Below the pieces are notes generated by a model. That model saw only the letters and a program-made list of their open reading frames with translations. It was not told the origin of the DNA and did not search any database. From a virus: 64,000 nt of DNA. Positions 36,410 through 45,493 of this stretch are shown here, one piece after another; position 1 is the first letter of the stretch; every line of letters begins with the position of its first letter. The position numbers and the translations under genes were made by a program. Location of the stretch: IMG/VR virus record IMGVR_UViG_3300000115_000005. One strand, given 5' to 3'.

Positions 36410-36439
36410 TTGACAAAGGGGTTGACAAAATGTTACTCT
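36410..36439 (+). promoter_or_regulatory. Antisense sigma70-type promoter
   Basis: TTGACA-18 nt-TACTCT with a TGn extended -10; shares GCTTGACAAA(T)GGGGTTG with the minus-strand early promoters. Confidence 0.6.
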
Positions 36440-36484
36440 GGCTGTGTTCCGTTTGATGATTAATATTAAGGTCCTTTTTAAGAC

Positions 36485-37459
36485 TCATATGATTTGACTA
36501 CCCTCTCTACTTAGTTTGAAAGGTACCCAAACTTTAATACAATTGAGAGCTTGTTTAAATTTTTCTTGTTTTTCTGGTGGTACAACAAACATAAAGAAAC
36601 CACCACCCCCAGCACCCATTAATTTTCCACCTAATGAGCCATTTTTATCTGATAACTCAAATATATCATCTAGCTTTTTATTTGTCAAATCACTTGTCAA
36701 ATGTTTTTTAAATTTCCAAATAGCTTTTAACATACTAGATACTTTTTCTATATCACTTTCTTCTTCTATATAACGAATGCCCATATTTGCAACATCCATT
36801 ATTTCATTTAAATAATTTTTATTTTTACCAATTTGTTCTACTTGTTTTCTTGATTGTACTTCAGCAATTCTATTTTTACCTGAAAAACCTAAAAGTATAT
36901 GGTCTTCCATTTCTTTAATATATTCTTCAGATATATTTACAGGTTCTACTTCCCATTCAGGCCCAAGACCAGCAGTAATTTTATTTATACCACCATATGC
37001 AGCTGTAATTTGATCTTGTATGCCAACACTTTCTTTATTCAAGTGTTGTTCTACATGAATAGCTTGTAAGGCTAAATCTTTAGAACTAAGTTTTATACCT
37101 TTTTTATGATATAAAGCATTTAAAAGGCCAACTGTAAAAGATGAACTAGAACCAACACCAGACATTGCTGGCATTTCACCATCATGTGTTATAGTTAAAC
37201 TATCATCTACTTCTAAAAGCTTTAAACAGTTTCTTACAGATGGATGATCAATATCATCAATCTCACTTATCATTTCTATTCTTGAATATGATACCCTATA
37301 CTTGTAACCAAAATATGGTGGTAAATCTTTAACACTTAGATAACAATGGTGATCTATTGCAGCTGAGATAATTCTCGACTTATTGAAAGTGTACCAATCT
37401 GGGTAATCAGTACCGCCGCCAAAAAGTGAAAGACGATATGGTGTTTTTGATATAATCAT
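36485..37459 (-). CDS. GHMP kinase, D-glycero-manno-heptose-7-phosphate kinase (HddA)-like
   Basis: SKTPYRLSLFGGGTDYP, SGVGSSSSF, VGIQDQ...YGG, GGKLMGAGGGGF. Confidence 0.85.
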   Translation of the reverse strand: MIISKTPYRLSLFGGGTDYPDWYTFNKSRIISAAIDHHCYLSVKDLPPYFGYKYRVSYSRIEMISEIDDIDHPSVRNCLKLLEVDDSLTITHDGEMPAMSGVGSSSSFTVGLLNALYHKKGIKLSSKDLALQAIHVEQHLNKESVGIQDQITAAYGGINKITAGLGPEWEVEPVNISEEYIKEMEDHILLGFSGKNRIAEVQSRKQVEQIGKNKNYLNEIMDVANMGIRYIEEESDIEKVSSMLKAIWKFKKHLTSDLTNKKLDDIFELSDKNGSLGGKLMGAGGGGFFMFVVPPEKQEKFKQALNCIKVWVPFKLSREGSQII

Positions 37460-37460
37460 A

Positions 37461-38381
37461 TTAAAAACTTTCAGATGTTTGTATTATATTTTCTTTTGAA
37501 AGGTTGTTTTTATTCAATAAATATTCTCTACCACCATTTTCAAAAAAGTATTCTTCAGGTAAAGTAACAGCTTTTATTTTAGGAAAGAGACCATTTTTAC
37601 TTACCCATTCCCATACTGCTGATGATAATGAGCCTGATGGTGTTTGTTCATCAACAACAATAATACCATCACTTTTGTTTATCTGTTCTGTAAGCTCTAT
37701 ATCATAAGGAAAAGGCTTAGACTTTAAAATATCAGCAAAGGCAAAACGATCATCTGAATCCGATATTTCTTTACAAACGTGTGACATTTTACCATGAGAT
37801 ATTAAAAGTTTAAAATCTTTTTCTTTAGGATTATGTACATAAACATCTCTGACTTGGCCAGTATGTGTATCACGTTTATCATACATATCAGGTAAGTCAT
37901 CTCTATCTAATCTAACATATGCAAATTCAGGACGATCTAATATTCTTTTTGCAATATTAGATGCAACGATTGGATCAGAGGCCGTGTAAATGTTAGAGTT
38001 CACTATTGACCTAAGACAAGCATACTCTTCCGTGACGTAGTGTGTTGGTCCTGAGTCGCAATATCCTATACCAACACCAACTGAAATTAAAGTGATAGGT
38101 AAGTTCATAATTCCTGGCCCACACTTAATTTGTTCTAAAGCTCTCATTGAGAGAAAAGGTGCCATAGCATAACAAAACACTTTCTTTCCTTCAAGTGCAA
38201 GTCCTACAGCTACATCTATCATAGCTTGTTCTGATATGCCACAATGTATAAAATTATCTGGGTAATCTTTTCTTAGATCATCAAGAGCCGGTGCTCCGAA
38301 GTCTGCACTAAGAAAAAAAATATCTTTATCAAACTTTAAGTTTTCTTTAATTCTTTCTATAAAGGCGTCACGCTGATACAT
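37461..38381 (-). CDS. Transketolase-like protein, pyrimidine-binding and C-terminal part
   Basis: LSADFG, CGISEQAM...GLA, RALEQIK, GPTH, YVRL; start MYQRD after an AAGGAG RBS. Confidence 0.9.
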   Translation of the reverse strand: MYQRDAFIERIKENLKFDKDIFFLSADFGAPALDDLRKDYPDNFIHCGISEQAMIDVAVGLALEGKKVFCYAMAPFLSMRALEQIKCGPGIMNLPITLISVGVGIGYCDSGPTHYVTEEYACLRSIVNSNIYTASDPIVASNIAKRILDRPEFAYVRLDRDDLPDMYDKRDTHTGQVRDVYVHNPKEKDFKLLISHGKMSHVCKEISDSDDRFAFADILKSKPFPYDIELTEQINKSDGIIVVDEQTPSGSLSSAVWEWVSKNGLFPKIKAVTLPEEYFFENGGREYLLNKNNLSKENIIQTSESF

Positions 38382-39174
38382 TATTAATCTCCTTACGACA
38401 TTGTTCAATTTCTGCTTCACTCATTTTATTCATATAATGCCAATTAGGTTTGTTTTCCATTAATGAAAAACCTTTACCTTTTACAGTTCTTGATAAGATT
38501 ATTTTTGGCACATCCACTTTAACATCTAAAGCTGATTTTATTTCCGAAGTTGAATGTCCATCAACATCAAATATTTCAAAACCAAAACCTTCTAATTTTT
38601 CTTTAATAGGTTCTAAACTAACACAATCTTTAGTTTCACCTAAAATAATTAAATTATTGATGTCTATAAAAATTGTTAAGTTTTTTGGTTTGTAATGAGC
38701 TGCAAATATTAAAGCTTCCCATGTTGAGCCTTCATACAGCTCACCTTCGCTTATGACAACATAAACATTTTTTGTATAATACTCTTTGTTAGATTCTGCC
38801 ATACACATACCTAAACCAACTCCAACGCCATGACCTAAAGAACCTGATGTTACGTCAATACCTGGAATTGATATATTACCAAAAACTCTTAAACAAGAAT
38901 CTTTTGATCCCCAATTATCCCACTCTTTTTGTGGTATGATACCTAATTTAGTAAGTATAGGATATAGTGTAACAGTAGCATGACCTTTACTAATTAAGAC
39001 TTTATCAAAATTAGGCCGGACAAATCCACCGTGATATAAGGTAGTTGCTATTTCAACCATAGAAAAAGTCGAACCTGGATGACCTTGGCCAACTTCTACA
39101 AACTTTTCAAATAGTTCTGATCTGTATTCTTGAGCTTGTATTTGTAATTCATTATCATTCATATCAATCTCCAT
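38368..39174 (-). CDS. Transketolase-like protein, N-terminal TPP-binding part
   Basis: GHPGSTFS, SKGHA, SGSLGHG, SEGELYEGSTWEA (variant of GDG), TVKGKG...WH. Confidence 0.9.
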   Translation of the reverse strand: MEIDMNDNELQIQAQEYRSELFEKFVEVGQGHPGSTFSMVEIATTLYHGGFVRPNFDKVLISKGHATVTLYPILTKLGIIPQKEWDNWGSKDSCLRVFGNISIPGIDVTSGSLGHGVGVGLGMCMAESNKEYYTKNVYVVISEGELYEGSTWEALIFAAHYKPKNLTIFIDINNLIILGETKDCVSLEPIKEKLEGFGFEIFDVDGHSTSEIKSALDVKVDVPKIILSRTVKGKGFSLMENKPNWHYMNKMSEAEIEQCRKEINNVSA

Positions 39175-39190
39175 TCACTTTTAATTATAT

Positions 39191-40699
39191 TTAATCTCCA
39201 AGTATTTTTCTTTTCAACCTTATTTTTTCCATTTCAATTACATTATTTCTTGATTCAACACCAAACTTCTTTTCAACTAAATCAATAAAAGGTTTATGAG
39301 TAAAATATTTGTGCCACGCATCATCTCTAAATTTTAAAACTTCTGCACCTGTAAGGTATTTAGTTCGTAGTGGCCGACACTCATAGGATAAAAAAGCATA
39401 CTCTTCAAATCTATCTGGTATATCCCAACCTTGTTTTCTTGCATACAAGTGTAATGGACTTCCTGGAAGAGCCATAGCTGCATAGAAGTTTGCGTGTTCA
39501 GTATTTAACTCAAGTGCTAGGTCTAATGTTTCTTGCATATTACCATAATCTTCTTCAGGAAAACCAAACATATAATTACCGAGAATGTTTATATCAGCAG
39601 CTTTTATATTCTTCACAACTTCACGAATATTTACCTGTTTAAATCTACCCTTATCAATTTCTAATCTTACTTGTTGATTACCAGCTTCTATACCTAAACA
39701 CAGCCAATTAACACCAGCCTTTTTGAAAAGTTCAAGTTGATCTTTTCTTACAGAATCAACTCTAGCATAAGCCCAAAAATTAAACTTCAATCCTCTTTGT
39801 ATAAGTCCTTCAAGAATAGGTACATAATACTTTCTGTTTAAGAAAAACATTTCATCAGTTAATCTTACAGTCCTAACACCTTGTTCATAAAGATATTCAA
39901 ATTCTTTTAATATTAATTGAGGATCCCAGAATCTCATACCTTTTGAATCAGCTGAAGTTACATCATTACCATGTGATGTTCTATTTACAATATTAATCAT
40001 ACAAAAGTTACAAGCAAAAGAACAACCTAATGAAGTGTATATAGCTGCAAATGGTGTTCTGTTTTCATGTGAAAAATTAGAGTGCCAAAAATGGGCTCTA
40101 TATTTTTTCAAGTCTATTAAATCCCAAGCATAACCTGGCATCATTGTATTCATGTCTTTTGTTTGAACAATTTTTCCTGGAGTAGATGGTCTCGGTAAAC
40201 CTTTTTCTTTATACCATATACCAGGAACTTTATCTAACTCATCTTCAAAATTAGTTTCAAGTAAAGCTAAAAGACCATATATTCCTTCATTAATAAAAGC
40301 AAAGTCGCAATAATCTTTTTGTACAACTTCATTAGGTAAAGCTGAAGCATGAGAACCTATGAAAGCCGTTTTTAAATTTGAATGACTTTTTTTAAGTTGA
40401 CTTGCAAGAGATGAAGCACCAATCATCATAGTGGTGCCTGAATTTGGATTTTGTCCATATAAAACAAACACAACTAATTTTGGTTTGTATGAGTTTATTT
40501 CATCAGCGGCTTCTTCATCAGATTTATAATCGGCTTCATAATCTAATAATATAGGTTCATAACCTTTTGCACGAACAGAATTAGCTAATAGTAATGCCCA
40601 AGTGGGAGTTTCTATTGCTGAATGAGTTTTCGCTAAATCTTGATATGCTTTTTTACCAACTGATGGTATCACAAATACTACTGGCCATTGTTTATTCAT
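39191..40699 (-). CDS. Cobalamin-binding radical SAM protein (class B methyltransferase-like)
   Basis: N-terminal B12 domain (IGSHASALP, EG), CSFACNFC (CxxxCxxC), GIEAG, MFGFPEE, LPGSPL; start MNKQW at 40699. Confidence 0.9.
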   Translation of the reverse strand: MNKQWPVVFVIPSVGKKAYQDLAKTHSAIETPTWALLLANSVRAKGYEPILLDYEADYKSDEEAADEINSYKPKLVVFVLYGQNPNSGTTMMIGASSLASQLKKSHSNLKTAFIGSHASALPNEVVQKDYCDFAFINEGIYGLLALLETNFEDELDKVPGIWYKEKGLPRPSTPGKIVQTKDMNTMMPGYAWDLIDLKKYRAHFWHSNFSHENRTPFAAIYTSLGCSFACNFCMINIVNRTSHGNDVTSADSKGMRFWDPQLILKEFEYLYEQGVRTVRLTDEMFFLNRKYYVPILEGLIQRGLKFNFWAYARVDSVRKDQLELFKKAGVNWLCLGIEAGNQQVRLEIDKGRFKQVNIREVVKNIKAADINILGNYMFGFPEEDYGNMQETLDLALELNTEHANFYAAMALPGSPLHLYARKQGWDIPDRFEEYAFLSYECRPLRTKYLTGAEVLKFRDDAWHKYFTHKPFIDLVEKKFGVESRNNVIEMEKIRLKRKILGD

Positions 40700-41171
40700 T
40701 ATTTTTTCCAAAACCTTTTTCAAAAGTATTTACTAAATTTTCCACCAACTCTCTATTTTTGATATGTTCTTCTTCAACATCATCTTTTGATTGTCCATGA
40801 TATTTAACAGCTACTTTATGATAAACCATCAATTCATTAAGTGTTGTCATAGTATTAAGACCTATATCATCAGATAATTTAGAATTACCGGGTAAAAGAA
40901 ACTCACCTAAAACACGACCAAATTTACCTGATCTATCTTTTTGTGTTTTTAATGTTTGCATAGAACCTACCGGTAAATATGTTTCAACATATTTTTTTGC
41001 AAAAAGTCCATATTTTTTTTCTACTAAATCTCTGGTTCTAGATTCTGGTGTATCAATGCCATATAGACGTATTCTTTCTTTGTGTATCCAAAGACCAAAA
41101 CCTAAGTCAATATCAACATCTATTGTGTCACCATCAACTATTCTTACTATTTTACAATTATATTCAAACAT
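40692..41171 (-). CDS. SNase-like (thermonuclease) nuclease
   Basis: RIVDGDTIDV, RIRLYGIDTPESR, GKFGRVLG. Confidence 0.88.
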   Translation of the reverse strand: MFEYNCKIVRIVDGDTIDVDIDLGFGLWIHKERIRLYGIDTPESRTRDLVEKKYGLFAKKYVETYLPVGSMQTLKTQKDRSGKFGRVLGEFLLPGNSKLSDDIGLNTMTTLNELMVYHKVAVKYHGQSKDDVEEEHIKNRELVENLVNTFEKGFGKNNE

Positions 41172-41172
41172 A

Positions 41173-41586
41173 TTAGTGTACCCGTTTTAGTGTTCTTTTT
41201 TCTTTTAAAGCTTGTCTAATTTCACTTATTTCATCCTCATTTAAATCTGACTCATCTTCAAATATTTTATCTTCGCCGATTTCTTCCATTCTCTGTTTAG
41301 CATCAATTACTATATTTTCATAATATTCTTTCATTTCACCTTTAGGTTCAAATATAGTTAATACATTTATAGAATCTATAAGTGCTATGTCATCTTGCAC
41401 CATTTCTACTGGCAGCCATGGTAACATATACATCATTGGGCCTGCTTTTTGTGATGGTGTTCTTTTAAAAATTATGTGCATTGGATTTTCCAATGTAACT
41501 TTTTTTTCTTTTTTATCTTCTGTAAAAGAAGCTATCACATCTTCTCCAGATTTTAATCTTACTATTTTTATCTCTTTATTTTCCAT
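41173..41586 (-). CDS. Conserved T4-like hypothetical protein (normally between uvsW and gp55)
   Basis: IVRLKSGEDVIA, L.NP, PWL; position. Confidence 0.6.
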   Translation of the reverse strand: MENKEIKIVRLKSGEDVIASFTEDKKEKKVTLENPMHIIFKRTPSQKAGPMMYMLPWLPVEMVQDDIALIDSINVLTIFEPKGEMKEYYENIVIDAKQRMEEIGEDKIFEDESDLNEDEISEIRQALKEKRTLKRVH

Positions 41587-43042
41587 TTTTTAACTCTATG
41601 TTATAAAATTTGTAAGGAAACTTTTCCTCATCATAAATTTTACACCTCTCTATAAAATGTTTGATTGTATAATTAGCAAACTTACCTACACGAAAATCAT
41701 CAACTATATCAAACAAGGTGGCTTTTTCTTTTTGTTCACTTTTACGGAGACCCCTCCCTATTGATTGTAGATTTCGTATTCTTGATTTAGATGGACTTGC
41801 AAAGATTATATTATGTAGATTACGAATGTTGATACCGGTACTAAAAGTACCATAACTGGCCACAACAATTGCATCTGTTTCAACTTCAAGAATTGATCTA
41901 ACCGATTCTCTAATCTCTGTATCAGTACCACCAAAAACAAAAAATGTTTTTCTTTTACCTGACTTTTCTTTAATAGTTTCATATAAATTTTTACCATGTT
42001 TTTCAACATATTGATATAAAATTAATGTATTACCATCTAAAGATAAAGTTAAGTTGCGAATAAAGTTATTTCTAGCTTGACATTTGACTATGTAATCTAT
42101 TTCTGTATTATAGTCCCACTTTCTAGCTTGTTGTTTTATTACTTCATCATATTTTAAAATTAAACACTTTATTCTAAAATCAGCAAGTTGTCCTCTCTCT
42201 ATAAGTTCTGATGTTGTTGTAGCTTTATAAACAGGGCCAAAGAGTCCTTCTAAAACTAATCTATGTGTCTGAGTACCATCTAAGGTGCCTGTTGTTCCTA
42301 TCCTGTATTTAGAGTTAATGCAATTTGATAGTATCGTAGTAAGTGATTTGGCTTTAAATTGATGTGCCTCATCACCAATTACAAAATCAAACTGTTCAAA
42401 ATATCCTTTGTCATTTTTATATACTGATTGCCATGTAGATATTGTTAAAAAACTATTTGTGTGTTTTTCTTTACCTGAATATTGGCGATGACAATACTTG
42501 TCGGAATCAAAACCATAAGATTTGAAATCTGTAAACATTTGTTCAACAAGTGAGGTAGTTGGTACGATTAAAAGACCTTTGATATGATCTTTCATCAAAT
42601 ATCGTATAATTAAATAAAGTATGAGTGATTTACCAGATGCTGTTGGTGATAGTATAAGCCTTCTTTTATTTCTTATACTTTGTACAAATGATTGTAATTG
42701 ATAATCTCTAACTTTAAAAGGTAAATCTAATGTCTTGGTGAAGTCTACTGCCTCAACTAGAGATAGAGAATGTGTTATGTTAACATCTGGAGATAGTTCG
42801 AGCTTATAATCTCTTTCGGAACAAAATTTTTTTATATGGGGAATTAGCCCATAATATATTGTTTTGTTTCGCCGGTCAAATAGACAAATTTTACCATCCC
42901 ATGATCTGTTCCTGTAGGCCGGCATAAAACGATAACCAGGAACGTGAAAAGTAAAATAACCAGATAATTCCATTTCATAGTGTGGCTCACATTCGACTTT
43001 TAAGAAAGCTTCATTTAATTTATGTAATACTATATCACTCAA
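41576..43042 (-). CDS. uvsW: DNA helicase UvsW
   Basis: SPTASGKS, VPTTSLVEQM, GDEAH, GTTGT, LQSIGRGLR. Confidence 0.97.
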   Translation of the reverse strand: MSDIVLHKLNEAFLKVECEPHYEMELSGYFTFHVPGYRFMPAYRNRSWDGKICLFDRRNKTIYYGLIPHIKKFCSERDYKLELSPDVNITHSLSLVEAVDFTKTLDLPFKVRDYQLQSFVQSIRNKRRLILSPTASGKSLILYLIIRYLMKDHIKGLLIVPTTSLVEQMFTDFKSYGFDSDKYCHRQYSGKEKHTNSFLTISTWQSVYKNDKGYFEQFDFVIGDEAHQFKAKSLTTILSNCINSKYRIGTTGTLDGTQTHRLVLEGLFGPVYKATTTSELIERGQLADFRIKCLILKYDEVIKQQARKWDYNTEIDYIVKCQARNNFIRNLTLSLDGNTLILYQYVEKHGKNLYETIKEKSGKRKTFFVFGGTDTEIRESVRSILEVETDAIVVASYGTFSTGINIRNLHNIIFASPSKSRIRNLQSIGRGLRKSEQKEKATLFDIVDDFRVGKFANYTIKHFIERCKIYDEEKFPYKFYNIELKNGK

Positions 43043-43477
43043 TTATATACCTTGTATAAATTTTTCCCAATCAATTAATGATCTAAGTTGAAACGTCCTA
43101 CTATGTAATTCCTTTAATATACTTGTACATAGTTCTACTATTTCATCATGATAAACTTTTGTTGCCATGTACTTACTTAAATCCGTATCACTCTCTAAAT
43201 ATGTATTCAACTCGGATTTGAGTACATACTGAAAAGGTTCCCAACCTCTTTCTTTTAATTCTTCTTGACTCATCTTACCTGTATAATATTCCCACTTCAC
43301 TCTCTTAAGCTTTATATATTTAAACTCAGCATCTTTTGAGAGTAGTCGGTGTCTTGAAAGAATATTAAGATATTTACTGTGTAAATTTGGTACCTTAGAT
43401 AATTCTTTGCCTGGTTCAGTACGATCTATATCACAATCTTTTTTCCATAATTCAAGTAGTTCATCAATTTGTTTCAT
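43043..43477 (-). CDS. uvsY: Recombination mediator
   Basis: W.KD..ID, P.LHSKY, KWEYYTGK, IDWEKF. Confidence 0.92.
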   Translation of the reverse strand: MKQIDELLELWKKDCDIDRTEPGKELSKVPNLHSKYLNILSRHRLLSKDAEFKYIKLKRVKWEYYTGKMSQEELKERGWEPFQYVLKSELNTYLESDTDLSKYMATKVYHDEIVELCTSILKELHSRTFQLRSLIDWEKFIQGI

Positions 43478-43483
43478 AATTTA

Positions 43484-43524
43484 CCTCCTTCTAGGAGGGT
43501 ACACTATTTTTTATAATTTTTCAA
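43484..43524 (-). promoter_or_regulatory. uvsY leader: SD-sequestering hairpin with an overlapping sigma70-like promoter
   Basis: CCTCCT-AGA-AGGAGG hairpin; TTGAAA-17 nt-TACCCT. Confidence 0.45.
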
Positions 43525-44047
43525 CATTATAATAGGCAAATCTGAATGTGGCATCAGCTGTAAGTATCTCATCAGGAGAATCTGCTGAGTTAATTACAAA
43601 CGTAGAAAGTGTGGTAGGAAAAGCATCTTTAAATTTAAACCTAAATCTAGGATTATTTGATGATGAAAATAAGGTAAGTGAGGCATCATGAAATTGTGGA
43701 AATTTAGGTAAGTTACCAGCTATTTTATTTAATTTACTCATATTTTTATAATCTGCATAACCCTCAGGGAATGACATAGCACGAAGCCAATCATGTATTT
43801 CCAACCAACTTTTTAAATCTTCATCAATTAAAAATGTTACGTTTAATAAATCATACATTGGTTTATCACCAGGTGAAAACAAATCCACAAATGGTGTATT
43901 AAACATGGCTTCACCAATTGATAATCCAGGCACAGTTACAGATTGGCAAAAATATTGCAAATTTGGTGCTCTCGCAAACGAAAATATAAATTTATTCGGA
44001 TGTAAGAAATTAGGATTACTAGGGTTTGTATCTGATATGCCTGCCAT
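43511..44047 (-). CDS. gp3: Tail completion / tube terminator protein
   Basis: NFLHPNKF, FCQSVTVPG, FLIDEDL..W.EI.DW, F.DAFPT.L. Confidence 0.85.
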   Translation of the reverse strand: MAGISDTNPSNPNFLHPNKFIFSFARAPNLQYFCQSVTVPGLSIGEAMFNTPFVDLFSPGDKPMYDLLNVTFLIDEDLKSWLEIHDWLRAMSFPEGYADYKNMSKLNKIAGNLPKFPQFHDASLTLFSSSNNPRFRFKFKDAFPTTLSTFVINSADSPDEILTADATFRFAYYNVEKL

Positions 44048-44051
44048 CTTC

Positions 44052-44059
44052 TATTTATA
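44052..44059 (-). promoter_or_regulatory. Late promoter TATAAATA
   Basis: Exact match 5 nt before the gp3 ATG. Confidence 0.75.
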
Positions 44060-44080
44060 TAAGTTTGAAAGGCGGAAACC

Positions 44081-44111
44081 AAAAAAAAAGAGGAACCGAA
44101 GTTCCTCTTTT
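44081..44111 (-). terminator. Rho-independent terminator after gp23
   Basis: GAGGAAC-TTCG-GTTCCTC followed by T9 (C-UUCG-G tetraloop). Confidence 0.93.
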
Positions 44112-44127
44112 AAAGTAAAACAAAAGA

Positions 44128-45468
44128 TTACATCAAGTTTGAAACTTGGAAAGTACGATAATATTGATTCGTATTAGTTGTAATCGCACCTTGAGTTGTA
44201 GCTGCAGTACCATCAGCAAATGGATTAGATACTAGACCATAACGAGTCTTAAATCCAATTTTTGGTTGGAATGTATCTTGACCAACTGCTCTGACCATTT
44301 GTAATGGAACATATGGACAATAGAACAGGCCAGCGTCATAAGCATTTGAACCTTTATATCCAACTGTACAAAACTCATTAGCTGAACTTGCAGGCGTATA
44401 AGGGTCAATGTAGACTTTAATTCTTCCAAACATAGTACCAGCAAATGTGTTTCCAGTATCATCTACTTGAAGATTTACTTGTCCTTGTAAAGCTGAATTG
44501 TAGTCGAGTAAACCTGCCATAGCGAGGGCTGATGCCACATCACTTGAGCAAATCATCATATTACCTTTTCCTCTACGAGTCAACTTGGCGATAGCATTTG
44601 CTTCACGCTCTATTTGGAATGCAAGACCTTTAACTTTCTCAACCATCCAACGACCGTTTGAGTCAGTATCTAAGTCAAATCTACCTCTTGCTACTGTACC
44701 AACACCAGCACCAATCACGGAACTCATGTAAATAGCACGAACAACTTCACGATTGATTTCAGCAAGTATTTCTGCTGATAAGATGTTAGATAATTCTGTT
44801 TCAGCGTCAAGACCGTGAACTGCTTTTAAGTCTTGTGCAAGTTCCATGGAATACTCTGCTTTTAGAGCTCTTGTCTTAGCAGTTACGGTTACTTTCTCAA
44901 TTGAGAAGGCCATTTCATGGAAAGTGTTACCTGTATCTCCGCCTAAAGCTTCTGCCTTAGATGTTGCCATACCGAAATCAGGAACAGCGTTACCAGTAAA
45001 TACAGCGGTTGGTGGTACACCTCCAATTGCGAGTGCTTGTGGAGAATTACCTTCTGAAGCAGAGTGAGCCGTATTAGCCTCGTTATAAAATGCCTCATCA
45101 CCACTTTGATTATCAAATTTAGCTCTCATAGCAAAGATAAGGCCGGTTGGTCCAGTCATTGGCTGAACACCGCAAATATCATACGCAATAAGATTTGGTA
45201 AACTTCTTCTGACTAATGAAATAAGAATTGGATCAAAACCAGCTACTGGAGCGGCGGCAGAGCCTCCGAAACCAGCGATACCAGCATCCGTTTGTGAAGC
45301 ATTGGTTGTTGGTGTCTCAGTCAACATTCCTGCTTTTTTCATTTCAATTGCTTGATTCTCAAGAATTACGGCTGTTACCGCTTTCTTGTAAGGGTCGTCA
45401 ATCTTTGGTAGATCAGGATGATCTAAGACTCCTCCCCATTTTTTTTGTAGACTTTCTGAAAGATACAT
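44128..45468 (-). CDS. gp23: Major capsid protein
   Basis: PNLIAYDICGVQPMTGPTGLIFAMR, ELAQDLKAVHGLDAE, FQPKIGFKTRYG. Confidence 0.99.
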   Translation of the reverse strand: MYLSESLQKKWGGVLDHPDLPKIDDPYKKAVTAVILENQAIEMKKAGMLTETPTTNASQTDAGIAGFGGSAAAPVAGFDPILISLVRRSLPNLIAYDICGVQPMTGPTGLIFAMRAKFDNQSGDEAFYNEANTAHSASEGNSPQALAIGGVPPTAVFTGNAVPDFGMATSKAEALGGDTGNTFHEMAFSIEKVTVTAKTRALKAEYSMELAQDLKAVHGLDAETELSNILSAEILAEINREVVRAIYMSSVIGAGVGTVARGRFDLDTDSNGRWMVEKVKGLAFQIEREANAIAKLTRRGKGNMMICSSDVASALAMAGLLDYNSALQGQVNLQVDDTGNTFAGTMFGRIKVYIDPYTPASSANEFCTVGYKGSNAYDAGLFYCPYVPLQMVRAVGQDTFQPKIGFKTRYGLVSNPFADGTAATTQGAITTNTNQYYRTFQVSNLM

Positions 45469-45493
45469 CTTTTTCTCCTAGTTCTAGTTTATG

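Noticed and set aside
36402-36488. N-terminal extensions in the ORF track (also 1575-1622, 5325-5357, 17449-17496, 20165-20212, 38382-38420)
   Set aside because: They overlap upstream genes or regulatory DNA; downstream ATGs with RBS or stop-start coupling fit better.
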